Assembly (NCBI GenBank): GCA_002269645.1
Contig: NIVC01003675.1
Location: forward strand, 1 to 64,000
DNA from: Macrostomum lignano
Lineage: Eukaryota
DNA length: 64,000 nt
Direction of reading: 5' to 3'
In this document: positions 9,414 to 21,578 of the stretch, piece after piece
Layout of the letters: each line of letters starts with the position of its first letter
Numbering within the stretch: the first letter of the stretch is position 1
Notes under the pieces: model-generated
The model's database searches: none
What the model was told of the DNA's origin: nothing
Seen by the model: only the letters and a program-made list of their open reading frames with translations
Translations under genes and position numbers: made by a program

Positions 9414-12122
9414 TTCCGTCGTTCTGTCTGGCACAATACTAAATAAAACACGAAAAATTACCTGCGAGATCCGATACTTGGATGCATCCAATGACTTCAG
9501 GCCGTCATTTAGGGTTATAGACGAAGTATTAGTCATGTACTTCCACAGGATTGGTCGGCCAGTCTTCATGTATAGCACGGAGCATTCGAAGATGATGTTT
9601 TCACCAAGAATTGCATCCACGCGAGAGAGGGTACTAGTCAGTGTAGTGATTCGATCCGATTTGGAGTCGGGGTTCACATCAGTGATGGTCACAATTGGCG
9701 TCATAATCTCTTGACCTTTTGTGTTAAGTTTGGTTTTGGAGATTAAGATAAAAGTCAAAAGTCAAAATACATTGCTTTTCTTTGATGTTTTCAAGAAAAA
9801 ATGAGTTAGAAATATTAAAATTTTGCTTTAACTTTGTGTAATATAGGCTTTATGCAAATTTAATATAACAGATATATTTTGGTTTAAAAAAAGAGCATAT
9901 TACCTGATTGAAGCATTATCCATAGGCAATTAAAAAATTCCATTGGTTTATAGATAGCTTAGTTTAAAAAAATTAATTGTATAATACTGATTTAGAATTA
10001 AAATAGTTTATTAATATTTTCTTAAACCTAAAGTACTTAAACCTTTAGGCTTTAGAATCAGAGTTAGTTTCGCCAAGATAAGCATTTTTTATTTTAGTAT
10101 GTGTAAAGGGCCCTTCCTGATTTTCTATAGAATAGTTACAGATTAGTTGAACTTGAATTTACGCCAAAACTAAGATGCAATTTCTTTTGTTTTAATACTC
10201 ATATTTTTCATATTATTTTACGCGAATATATTTTTGTTTTAATCTATGAGTAAAAGTAGTATAAATAGAAGCAAATTTGGCGGAGGGAGAACCAACCTCG
10301 CGCATTGCGGTTCACTAACAAAACAGTCATATCGAAGAATAATAGTTCCAAGAAAATAAGAATTGAAGAAGTGTTTTCTGTGTTGATTCTTTTTAAGAAG
10401 TAAGAGTGAAGTAGACTGAAGCATATATAGTACATACTATTGAGAAGCAGCAGTACTGAGTAGTAAGAGAATACGAAGTAGATCTGAAATGATATGTGTA
10501 AGAATAACCAGAGGCTGTGACCCTCTGATACTGGTAACGCCCAAGGACTTGCAAAGTACATGAAAAACATATACCAGTAAGCCAAAATACTGCTCAGGCC
10601 AAATTATTAAATAGAATGCTACCAGAAAAACAGAACACTACCAGAATAACAGAGGAGTAAAATCTTTCAGGGCTAATAGTTTTCTAAGAATAATACTTAG
10701 ACTAAATACTCAGACTAAATACTCAGACTAAATTTGCAGACTAAATACTCAGACCTATTCTAAGAAATATTCTGACTTATTCTAAGATTAATAAACTCAT
10801 AATTTATTAATAGAATAGTATTGGTGACAGCTACCAACATTTATAAAAACAGGAGTTTAGCCCTTTGACAACTTGGTTGCAGCAGTGGGATAATTTCAGT
10901 GAGAGCAATTACGCCTTTGACTTATGAATATAATTATTTTTAAATAAAAGCACAAGCCAGACTTAAAGACACAAATATGAACAATAAGACTTACTAAAAC
11001 TTTTAGTAATATTTGATATAAGTAAATAATCTTTTCCATTTTTATAATCTTGGAAAAAGAACTATAAGATGATGAATTTATTTTATTATATATGCTGGCA
11101 ATCTTTTAGTTTTGCATGGTTAATTATTTTTTTGAAAAATAGCAGCTTTATTAGTTACCACAAGTAAATATTTGAACTTACACAAATTTAAGACATGGCA
11201 ATATATCAATTTTGTCTATGGTTACTAGTTTGAGATAGCTAAAGGCTATGTTTATGGTGAAAACCTGAAATTGCTCTCTGTGTTTTTAAAAGGGATTAGA
11301 GGTGAGAGGGACTAGGATTTTAAGAGATTTCTTACCTTGTTTGCTTTCTAAGGAATTGTGATTGTCAATCTTGAGCAACAACTCTTCTTGATCATGGCTG
11401 GATGCCTTGCAGCACCAACTAGTATAATTCTGATTGCAGATATTTGACCCACCTAGATGAGTTTCTTTGGCACCACTATCACGTGCATAATATTTTTGGC
11501 AACATACTTTTCTGGGTGGCACACTACAATACCTAGTGCTACCAACACAACATAACAAACTTGCTAACTGTTGTAAACTTTGTTAAAACTTTGTGTTCAA
11601 AATTTGTTAAATTCAGAAAATAATTAAACATGTCTAACAAGAAGATTGACTATATGATTGAAGATATACTACATATTGTATCATACTTGTGTAGATGAGA
11701 TTGTGTAAATGAAATGTATAAAATTGTGTAAATGAGGTTTATTAAACCTAAATTATGGCGTGTATAGGCCCTAGTTAATAAAGTTAGGCCCTAAAAGATC
11801 TAAGGTAATTTCTACCTCTGAATTACTTACAATTTAATTATAATAAATGAATAAATTGTACATCATAAATTTTGATTGTGGCATTATTCTATTGAGACGA
11901 GATACATTCTAAATATGACAAAAAGCCAATATTGAAGCTTAGCTTTAAACCCTTATTAAAGCTAAAAAAACATATGAAACCAAAATTAGGACGTTAAGTC
12001 AAGAATAGCAGAAGAAAGGGGTTTGCTATAAAATTAAACATTCACTTACCAGATGCAACCACAATCATACAGAGTACAGTCAGACAGAAAAAAGAGCACA
12101 TATTTGATGGTATAATAGCCAT
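5522..12122 (-). CDS. Three-Ig-domain, putatively GPI-anchored cell-adhesion protein (lachesin/amalgam/DIP/IgLON-like), 6 exons, ~395-407 aa
   Basis: Exons on the minus strand: 12122-12050 ([25 protein letters not shown], signal-peptide-like), 9715-9462, 9156 (or 9120)-8791, 7929-7691, 7188-7037, 5661-5522. All introns are GT-AG with matching phases (1,0,0,2,1). Ig motifs: IIFECSV..W / GTYMCEV; [16 protein letters not shown] / DRGTYICNA; [12 protein letters not shown] / GTYTCSAMN. The C-terminus ...[31 protein letters not shown] resembles a GPI signal. Confidence 0.88.
5768..6985. repeat. Minisatellite, 23 bp unit (GGATTAGTGTCATATCTCAGGGT), ~52 copies, Ig gene intron 5
   Basis: Near-perfect tandem units between the exons at 5661 and 7037. 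Confidence 0.97.
7290..7680. repeat. Minisatellite, 31 bp unit (AGAATTCAAAATCTCACCCTATAAGAATGAC), Ig gene intron 4
   Basis: About 12 degenerate tandem units, abutting the donor at 7690. Confidence 0.93.
8030..8770. repeat. Minisatellite, 33 bp unit (TTTGTCTACCTGGGGAATCTCACTAATCTCAGA), Ig gene intron 3
   Basis: About 22 tandem units. ORFs 8029..8766 and 8069..8431 are its translations. Confidence 0.96.
9158..9430. repeat. (TCTG)n microsatellite with TTAGTGTC variants, Ig gene intron 2
   Basis: Long TCTG run at about 9300-9415, with decayed flanks. Confidence 0.95.
9800..10870 (+). mobile_element. Copy of an unclassified AT-rich dispersed repeat family
   Basis: 10480-10815 is the approximate reverse complement of 14190-14480 (e.g. 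CAGACTTATTCTAAGATTAATAAACTCATAATTTATTAATAGAA) and is similar to 15540-15850 and 44930-45180. It shares GCTGTGACCCTCTGAT. Boundaries are approximate. Confidence 0.6.
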
Positions 12123-13250
12123 TTTTATGGGTCCGTCCTCAACTTGATCCTGCTGGTATCACGGGAAATAAAATTGTAACTTCCTGATACTTCAAGCACA
12201 ATGATCAAGCACAATAACTTTTTAAACTTGTCTTTAATTCTTAAAATTTAACACAAAAACATTTTTATGTGCGAAACTGTTAGTACTTTTTTTTAAATTT
12301 ATTGAAATATATTAAAATTCTGAAATATTTGTTTGATTTTTATTGCTTTTTCTATTTCAAGCCATGATTTCTTTTTTCAGGGAAATCACTAAATGCTGGC
12401 TGCTGAGTATCTAATAAGATGAACTACTTTCTGTTTGTACAAAAAACTTCTGCAGTGGATAAAAAATACGTATGAGAGACGTTCTTGCGACCAAAAAAGT
12501 TACAACACTTTTTTGCGACGTCCAACTTTGTATTAAATACGTGATTTTTCTGCTCGGGCAGAATACTGAGTATTCTTTGGCTATATGTTGATCCCTACTG
12601 GTCTAGATCAGCCTTCGGTGCAAGGGCCACTGTATATAGCTATAATCAGTGGTCCTTGCTACGGTTTTGGGGAGGATCACGTCGGAACGAAACAACGCGA
12701 GCGAACACAGTACTCATGCAGAATTGCGATTCACACTAGTATTACTATAGTTCTATTTAGTATTAACTAGACTATTAGTAGATTAGTATTACTAGACTAC
12801 ATTTTTCTACATGTAGTCAGCAGATCAGCTGCCTCAAAAGGTGTTAGCCCAGACTGAGAAGGTCTGGGAGGATGCATGAGAAACTGAATCAGTACAAATG
12901 GCAGAGAAATAGCTAGCACACCAGTGGTAAATTTCTAAAACGATACTGACTTGTCCACCTGTAAAGTGTTTTATTTCCCAGCGGGGTCTAAACTTTTTTG
13001 GATTTTTTACGAAGGACCACTGTGTCCTTGTTTTTTTACCAACAATGGTGAGGGCAACGCAACTTTGCCTTATGATTTTTACGTTTATTCAACTTTACCT
13101 GTATAATTCTCCTTCCCTGTTTCCTTATGATCAAAAAATCTCTATTAAATAAAAAAAATGCAAACAGTAAATTTTTTTCTGATACGCTTTACTTAGGTTC
13201 TTCCACGTTTTGTTTTTTTCGGTATCAAATTTTAAGCTAAAATGACTTGT

Positions 13251-13295
13251 GTCGTCACGTGGCTGACGACGACGCGGTTGAGCGCGCGTTCCGTA
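13251..13295. promoter_or_regulatory. CpG-rich patch with CACGTG E-box inside a 7-bp hairpin (GTCGTCA cgtggc TGACGAC), possible promoter element upstream of the Ig gene
   Basis: GC-rich island in AT-rich DNA, about 1.1 kb upstream of the Ig ATG. Motif match only. Confidence 0.2.
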
Positions 13296-14049
13296 TAAGC
13301 TAGGCCCCTATCAAACTTAAGTTTTTCATTGTAGGATGTCACACGTAGACTGTAGTAGCAAATTTTTTGCATGTTGCCTTAACCCAATAGTGAAAATAAC
13401 TTTATAGTGCGAAGTATGCATTATGGCTTATGCGGTTAGTGATATAAGTGTTCTGAACTGGATTACAAGGTCTAAATCCTACTTTTTTATTTTTATTAGG
13501 CCCTAACTCCTTGTTGTGGCTTAGTTACCAGTCTGTTACCGATTGACATAAACAACTAAACAAGTCAACGACTTTAAAACATTGATTGGCAAATTGGCTC
13601 TGCCCAAATTGACCAAAAAACAAAAAACTAATGTATTACATAGAGTAGGGCCTAGCTTTTTTATTTGGCATTTAAATTTATTAATTGCAATTGCAACTCG
13701 ATTCGGCATACTTACAAATTATATGTTGTAGTTTACCTTATCTGAATATCTGAAATCAATAATATCTTTTTATTTTATAGCAATAAGTCATAGATCAATA
13801 ATAGCTAGACCTTGGACTAAATATATTATGAGTAGGCGCCTATACTATTTCTAGCTCTATAGGCCTAGGCCCCCTACTCTATAATATAGTCCATTAATAG
13901 TATTATATTACACTATATATACATGTGTTGTAGGGCTACTTTTCTAATTCTTATTAGGCCTATTGAATATCCTAAATCTGCTACCAAAGTGGTTGTAATG
14001 GTTTGCTTCCCTCTTTTAGCTATTCCACTAATGCCACCAGGTTTGCAGG

Positions 14050-15850
14050 TTGTAACAGGCTAAAGCTTCTCTCTATTAAAACCCTACTGAGGTCACCAAA
14101 GTTGTAACAGGGCTTAACTTTTGTCTTTATATATAATATAAATGTTGGTGCCATGCTACATGCCACCAAGGCTTTTCTATAAAAATTCTATTAATAAATT
14201 ATGAGTTTATTAATCTTAGAATAAGTCTGAGAAATGTGTCTTAGAATAAGTCTGAGTAGCCTATAATAATTGATAATTTGTCTGAGTATATTGTTCTTAG
14301 GATACTATTTAGCCCTTACAAGTATCATTCTCTTGTTATTCTGGTAGCATTTACTATTTTTCTAGTAGCATTCTACTGATAATTTGGCCTAAGCAGTATA
14401 TTGGCTTACTAGTATATATATTGCATATATTTCCAATCTTGGGCATTACTGAGATCAGAAGGTCACAGCTTCCGGTTATTGTCACATGTATCTACTTAGG
14501 ATCTACTTTGTATTCTCTCTTACTATTTCCACTTAGTAGTATCTAACCTAATGCATACACTCTGGTCTACTTCACTTTACTTTAAAAAAATAATTAACTC
14601 AGATTCAGAAAACATTTCTCAAATATTTATTGAACAACTCACTATTATATGCTTCACTTATTATTGAAGCATAGTGAAACATATTGCTTTGTGGCTTGAA
14701 ACTGCAAACCAGGTTGCCTCTTCTGGCTCCTAAAATGCATCTATTAATACTAATTTTCATCATTGTTAATAGCAAAAATTAAATTGGGAAAATATTTAAA
14801 GAAACACAAAAAGTAAAACAAAAAGCTTTTCTTACTTTTGCGCAAGTCTAAAATGCATACTAATATAAGATTTTCATACATAAAACAAGAGGGGCCTTCT
14901 TCACATGTATTATAATATATAAGACAAAATAATGCTAGTTTATGATTATGTCTAGCTCCCCCTTACTATTTGTCTTTATATATAACTATTGAATTTTTAT
15001 AATGTTTAAGTTTTATCTGGCCTAAGTAGGCCTACTAAATTATTCTATACAAAAATCTCAACAATGCCAATAGTCAATCAGGCAATATTCAATATTATCC
15101 CACATTAAATATATTAGGCCTAGTTTACATTGATTTTCAATAGGCCTATTATGGAAGGTCTCTTTTTATCCTTTATTTGTACACAAAAATCGAACTTCAT
15201 TTGCTATTTTAAAGTCTACATGTTTTTAAGAAAACAATTCATTTAAATACTTATATTTCTCAAAAAAAATTACAATCTATTTTTTTAAATGAACTGAAAT
15301 TTTAATATAGGCCTAAATAGATGCAATTTTTAGGCAAAGAGAAGCATGCTTATTTGAGCTTCAAATCAGCTGTCAACCTTAATGGTTAGTTAAGAAATCT
15401 ATTAATGAGTTCCAAAGAAATATTTTAAAAAGTGTTTTTCTGAATTATTTAATTTTACAATACAGTAAAGTAAAAAGAAGTGTATACACTGTATACTATT
15501 GAGTAGTAGAGTGTTGGAGGAAGAATAAACACAAAGTAGATCTCAAAACATATAAGGGCTGTGACCCTCTGATCTCAATAATGCCTAGGACTAGAAAGAT
15601 TATATATGCAACATATACTAGTAGTAATAATAGTAATATACTGCTTAGGCCAAACTAACATGTTACAAGAATAACTGTAAGAATACTACTAGTATAAAGT
15701 AGAAATATTACTAATACACATATAAAAGATAATCAGTGCTTAGAATAATATTTATATAAACACTTAGACTTATACTCAGTATGATTATTAGACATATACT
15801 TAGACAATTACTTCAACTAATTCTAAGAAAGCAGAAGCCAATTCTAAGAA
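14050..15850. mobile_element. Two diverged copies of the AT-rich repeat family in inverted orientation (about 14050-15000 minus, about 15050-15850 plus)
   Basis: ATCAGAAGGTCACAGC (~14455) vs GCTGTGACCCTCTGAT (~15558). TGCATCTATT (~14735) vs AATAGATGCA (~15316). CAGTATATTGGCTTACTAG vs ATACTGCTTAGGCCAAA. Confidence 0.55.
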
Positions 15851-15869
15851 ACGATTGCCACCCACTTGC

Positions 15870-16459
15870 ATTAACTGGGCAAAGTGCACAAGTTGACTCA
15901 ATGGGTACCCCATGAATTTCTAACCGGGACCACTACTCTTCTCTCCTATCGGCGCACGCACAATTGGCCGAAGTCAATTGTTACTGGCGATGAAAAATGG
16001 TGCTTATACGCGAACATCAAGCGTCGACGGTCTTGGGTGGATGCTGACGCGACCTCTGAGCCACAGCCTAAAGCCGGACTCCACCCCCGCAAGGTCATGC
16101 TGAGCATTTAGTGGGACTGTAAAGGTGTGATCCTCCACGAGGTGCTGCCACCCAACACATCGATTACAGCCGACCTGTACTGCCAACAGCTGGACAGATT
16201 GGCCGCCGCCATCGCACAGAAGCGACCAAATCATGGCCCGGTCTGATTCCTGTACAATAACGCCCGCCCCCACACTGCCAAGATGACTCGCCAAAAGTTA
16301 CTGGACCTTGGCTGGGAACTGGTGCCTCAGAAATTCTACGCTGATGGCATTATGTCTCTGTCTGAAAAATGGCAGGTGATTGAAAAAACTCCATATTTAA
16401 AAAAATACTCAGTTTGGAAGAAGGTTCTAGAAATTGCGACAACTTTCTCGATAACCGAA
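15870..16459 (+). mobile_element. Decayed mariner (DD34D-type) remnant: 5'-truncated, internally deleted, right TIR retained
   Basis: QWVPHEF, IVTGDEKWCLYANIKRRRSW, GLHPRKVMLSI*WDCKGVI, DLYCQQLDRL, LYNNARPHTA, then a direct jump to FYADGIMSLSEKWQ (the YSPDL..D region is missing). Two in-frame stops. Right end ACTTTCTCGATAACCGAA followed by TA. Confidence 0.88.
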
Positions 16460-16711
16460 TACCTATATATGTTGAGTTGTTGGTATAGTGTAAATTAACA
16501 TATAAACATGATTTTATAATGTTTTTATTGGCTCTATGTCTAGGCTAGCTTTTGAGAACTATAGCTTGTACGAGCGTATAAAGCATATCATTAAGAATTA
16601 ATAAAGTTTGGACAGTTGGTGCTATAATCTGGACAAATCTTATTACATCTGGCACAGATTAAGGTGAAACTAATTTCTAACTGCCAATGCCACTGCAGCC
16701 ACCTGATCAGC

Positions 16712-19700
16712 ATGTCAGACCTGGAAGCCACAGCCCGTCCCAGCTCAAAAAAACAGCGGCTTGATGCAGGGCCAGATGGTCAGGAGTTTCCAGACTCGCC
16801 ACTTGCTGTGAGTCTGACCTTGGAAATTCGCATTTGTATAGTTGCAAGAATAATCTGTTAAAGTGTTGTGCAAAAAAATCTGTGCAATCACTGCGAGTTG
16901 TCAAAACCACTCGCAGGCCGCCGACTGCTGCCCCATCGAGTGGCTGCCCACCGAGTTGCTGGAGCGGGTGCTGACCGAGCTGGACCAGACCAGCCTTGGC
17001 CGATGTGCTCAGGTGAGCAGGCTCTGGCACCAGGTCGTCATGCAGCCACTGCTGTGGACCAAAATCCACATTGACGGGTCCAATTGGGAAGTGCGGTCCA
17101 AGAATTTAGTCGATGAAATTGTCAAGCTGCCTCAGCTGCTGTTCGCATCTGCCAATTTGACCTGCCTCAGTCTGGACCACGTTGAAGTCTGCTTAGTTAA
17201 GTCCCTGGTGACTCTGGCGGGCCGCAGATGCCCGAACCTGCGGGAGCTGCGCCTGATTCGGTGCGGGATGTCGCTGACCACCAAGTCGCTAAACAGCCTT
17301 CTGGCCGGCTGCCCCAGCCTCTCGCTGCTGCAGATCGAATGCAAACGGCTGCAGTATGCCGTGGACTTGGACTGTGCGCCTCTGCTCACTAAATTGGTGC
17401 AGCGCCTGTCTAGCTTGAAAGTATATATTGATAAGTTTGGCGAGGAATTTGATGAGTATTATCTGCGACCGTTCTTTGGCCATGTTGCAGAGTTTCCGCA
17501 GCTCGCCAGCCTCTCTATCCAAATTATTGAGTTCTCCGGTGAGTCTTTTTTGTCTGAGTATCTTCACGTAGACAGAACCTCGCCCAGCAGCTCGGACTCA
17601 ACTCGGTGCTCAACTCATTCCTTTCAGCTATGCTGCAGCTGCTGGCTCGGATGCCGAGTCTGACGCAGCTGGAGTTGAACTCTTCTCTTCGGCTTTGCGG
17701 GGCCGATTTGCTGCTGCCGAGGTCGCTGCCTCCGCTGCGCCATCTCAGCATCTGCTGCGAGTTGGATAAAGACGCTGCTGGAATCCAGGAGCTGCTGGGC
17801 GGCTTCCCGCAGCTGCAGAGCCTCCAGCTAGAGCTGGATTCTGCTGGCCGAAGCCTGCCCACCTCCGAGGTCATCGGGATTCTGCGTATTTTACCTGCCA
17901 ACCTGACCGACCTGCGTCTGAGACTGTATGCTTATGCTGAGTTAAACGACACGGAAGAGGCTGACTGGGCCAAGCTGCTGCCGCCCCGGCTGTGGCGACT
18001 GGAGCTGGAAGGACACAAAATCATTCAAGGCACCGGGCTTGAGCTGATGAAGTCATTGGCCTGCCGCTCAAGTGAGTGGGTCAGTGGGTGTGTTGGTGAG
18101 GGAGCTGCTCAGGTGAGTGGGTGTGTTGGTGTGAGCTGCTCAGGTGAGTGGGTGTGTTGATGAGGGAGTTGCTCATGTGAGTGGGTGTGTTGATGAGGGA
18201 GTTGCTCATGTGAGTGGGTGTGTTGGTGAGGGAGCTGCTCAGGTGAGTGGGTGTGTTGATGAGGGGGCTGCTCAGGTGAATGTTTGTGTTGATGAGGGAG
18301 CTGCTCAGGTGAGTGGGTGTTGGTGAGGGAGCTGCTCAGGTGAGTGGGTGTGTTAGTGAGGGAGCTGCTCAGGTGAGTGTTTGTGTTGATGAGGGAGCTG
18401 CTCAGGTGAATGTTTGTGTTGATGAGGGAGCTGCTCAGGTGAGTGGGTGTTGGTGAGGGAGCTGCTCAGGTGAGTGGGTGTGTTAGTGAGGGAGCTGCTC
18501 AGGTGAGTGGCTCAGTGGGTGGGTGGGTTGTGTGTGAACTGCTCAGGTGTGTGAGTGTGCTGATGAGGGAGCTGCTCAAGTGAGTGGGTGTGTTGATGAG
18601 GGAGCTGCTCAAGTGAGTGGGTGTGTTGATGAGGGAGCTGCTCGGGTGAGTGGGTGTGTTGATGAGGGAGCTGCTCGGGTGAGTGGGTGTGTTGATGAGG
18701 GAGCTGCTCAAGTGAGTGGGTGTGTTGATGAGGGAGCTGCTCAGGTGAGTGGGTGTGTTGATGAGGGAGCTGCTCAGGTGAGTGGGTGTTGGTGAGGGAG
18801 CTGCTCAGGTGAGTGGCTCAGTGGGTGGGTGGGTTGTGTGTGAACTGCTCAGGTGTGTGGGTGTGCTGATGAGGGAGCTGCTCAAGTGAGTGGGTGTGTT
18901 GATGAGGGAGCTGCTCAAGTAAGTGGGTGTGTTGATGAGGGAGCTGCTCGGGTGAGTGGGTGTGTTGATGAGGGAGCTGCTCGGTGAGTGGGTGTGTTGA
19001 TGAGGGAGCTGCTCAAGTGAGTGGGTGTGTTGATGAGGGAGCTGCTCAGGTGAGTGGGTGTGTTGATGAGGGAGCTGCTCGGGTGAGTGGGTGTGTTGAT
19101 GAGGGAGCTGCTCGGTGAGTGGGTGTGTTGATGAGGGAGCTGCTCGGGTGAGTGGGTGTGTTGATGAGGGAGCTGCTCGGGTGAGTGGGTGTGTTGATGA
19201 GGGAGCTGCTCGGGTTAGTGGGTGTGTTCATGAGGGAGCTGCTCGGGTGAGTGGGTGTGTTGATGAGGGAGCTGCTCGGGTCAGTGGGTGGGTTGTGTGT
19301 GAACTGCTCAAGTGAGGGTACTTTTAACCAAGGAGCCAATAGAACTCATGATTTCCAATTGTTACGCAGCTCTGGCTGAGCTGAAAATCGATTTCTGCAC
19401 CGACGACCTGCTGCGGGCTCTGCTCTCCCAGCTGCCCCGCTTGCGCAGCCTCTGCATCACCGACTGCAGCCGCCTGACTCGCCAGGCCTGGGCAAATCTG
19501 CGAGACCTGCAGACCAGCGCTGCCTTCCAGTGCGACCTGCACGAGTTCGAGGCCTTCGGTTGCGATTGCAGCCTTTGTGACGAGGGAGTGGCGGCTCTGT
19601 GCACCAGTCCGATCGCCAGGGGCCTGCGGCGGCTCTGCCTGCAGCCGGACAGGTGCAGCCGCCAGCTGACTGCCGCCTCTCTCGCCAGCATCGCCAGCGG

Positions 19701-19812
19701 CTGTCCGTGGCTGACCCAGCTGGCTCTGAACGCGGAATTCTCCGATGCTGAGCTGCAGGCCTTTTGTGCTTCCTACCAGCACAGCGTGAAGGTTAGCCGC
19801 TATATGTACTAG
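16712..19812 (+). CDS. F-box/leucine-rich-repeat protein, 4 exons, ~534 aa (3' end uncertain)
   Basis: Exons 16712-16807, 16917-17538, 17628-18071, 19370-19812, all GT-AG, phases 0,1,1. F-box IEWLPTELLERVLTELDQTSLGRCAQVSRLWHQV, followed by multiple LRR-like repeats (CPNLRELRLIRC, CPSLSLLQI, LPRLRSLCITDCSRLT, CPWLTQLAL). Confidence 0.88.
18075..19315. repeat. Minisatellite, 33 bp unit (GAGGGAGCTGCTCAGGTGAGTGGGTGTGTTGAT), ~36 copies, F-box gene intron 3
   Basis: Tandem units begin at the exon-3 donor. Each contains CTC(A/G)(A/G)GTGAGT. Confidence 0.97.
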
Positions 19813-19894
19813 TGACCCGCAACTGGCACAAGTTCCATCCATCCAGCCACTTCCATCACGTTGAGTTTAACATCATTTTATCTGTCTATCCCAT

Positions 19895-20560
19895 TGCTCA
19901 ACCTGTTTATGCAGTGCTCAACCTGTTTATGCAGTGCTCAACCTGTTTATCCCAGTGCTCAACCAGTTTATCCCAGTGCTCAACCAGTTTATCCCAGTGC
20001 TCAACCAGTTTATCTTACTGCTCAACCAGTTTATCCCACTGCTCAACCAGTTTATCCCAGTGCTCAACCAGTTTATCCCACTGCTCAACCAGTTTATCCC
20101 AGTGCTCAACCAGTTTATCCCAGTGCTCAACCAGTTTATCCCACTGCTCAACCAGTTTATCCCACTGCTCAACCAGTTTATCCCACTGCTCAACCAGTTT
20201 ATCCCACTGCTCAACCAGTTTATCCCAGTGCTCAACCAGTTTATCTTACTGCTCAACCAGTTTATCCCAGTGCTCAACCAGTTTATCCCACTGCTCAACC
20301 AGTTTATCCCAGTGCTCAACCAGTTTATCTTACTGCTCAACCAGTTTATCCCACTGCTCAACCAGTTTATCCCACTGCTCAACCAGTTTATCCCACTGCT
20401 CAACCAGTTTATCCCACTGCTCAACCAGTTTATCCCTGCAGTGCTCAACCAGTTTATCCCAGTGCTCAACCAGTTTATCCCACTGCTCAACCAGTTTATC
20501 CCAGTGCTCAACCAGTCTATCCCACTGCTCAACCAGTTTATCCCAGTGCTCAACCAGTGT
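19895..20560. repeat. Minisatellite, 21 bp unit (GCTCAACCAGTTTATCCCAGT), ~31 copies
   Basis: Near-perfect tandem. Four ORFs in the track (19812-20706) are its translations. Confidence 0.97.
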
Positions 20561-20774
20561 ATATGCATTTGTTTCAGGTTTTCTACTGCATTTGCTTCAT
20601 TCTCATACGTCTCTATAAACTGAGCTAATATGTTTATAGGCTCACTTTTTATTGTTGTAATTCGCTGCACCTTGCTATTAATTAAAAAGGTTTTACACGT
20701 CAGCATACGTTCAAGTTTTTCGCGCGTGTATTATTGGTGCTTTGGTAATTGTCGCCCTCTAAACAATCACTTTC

Positions 20775-21578
20775 ATTTGATTGGCTGGTCGCAGTGGATT
20801 GGATTGGCTGGTCAGAATGGGTTTCATTGGATGTGCAGAATGGGTTTCATTGGATGTGCAGAATGGAATTAATTGGCTGAAAATAATAAGTTTGATTGGC
20901 TTTTGAATTGGTTTGATTTGATTGGCTAGGCAGAATGAATTTGATTGGCTGGGCAGAATGGATTCAATTGGCTGAGAAAAATGGATTTGATTGGCTAGAC
21001 CAAATGGATTATATTGGCTAGGCAGAATGGATTTGATTGGCTATGCAAACTGGATTTGATTGGCTGGCAGCGTGGATTTGATTTGATTGGCTAGGCAGAA
21101 TGAATTTGATTGGCTGGGCAGAATGGATTCAATTGGCTGAGAAAAATGGATTTGATTGGCTAGACCAAATGGATTATATTGGCTAGGCAGAATGGATTTG
21201 ATTGGCTATGCAAACTGGATTTGATTGGCTGGCAGCGTGGATTTGATTGGCTGGCAGCGTGGATTTGATTGGCTGTGCAGAATGGATTTGATTGGCTATG
21301 CAAACTGGATTTGATTGGCTGGCAGCGTGGATTTGATTGGCTGGGCAGAATGGGTTTGATTGGCTGGGCAGAATCGGTTTGATTGGCTGGGCAGAATGGG
21401 TTTGATTGGCTGGGCAGAATGGGTTGGATTGGCTGGGCAGAATGGGTTTGATTGGCTGGGCAGAATGGGTTTGATTGGCTGGGCAGAATGGGTTTGATTG
21501 GCTGGGCAGAATGGGTTTGATTGGCTGGGCAGAATGGGTTTGATTGGCTGGGCAGAATGGGTTTGATTGGCTGGCTGT
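20775..21578. repeat. Minisatellite, ~23 bp unit (GATTGGCTGGGCAGAATGGGTTT), homogenising rightwards
   Basis: About 30 GATTGG cores, including an internal ~120-bp duplication. Confidence 0.95.

Noticed and set aside
17132-19842. Antisense ORFs over F-box exons (17132..17389, 17289..17567, 17524..17901, 19324..19842)
   Set aside because: Shadow frames of GC-rich coding sequence with no independent motifs. The same applies to the shadows over PEPD, the mariner and the Ig exons.
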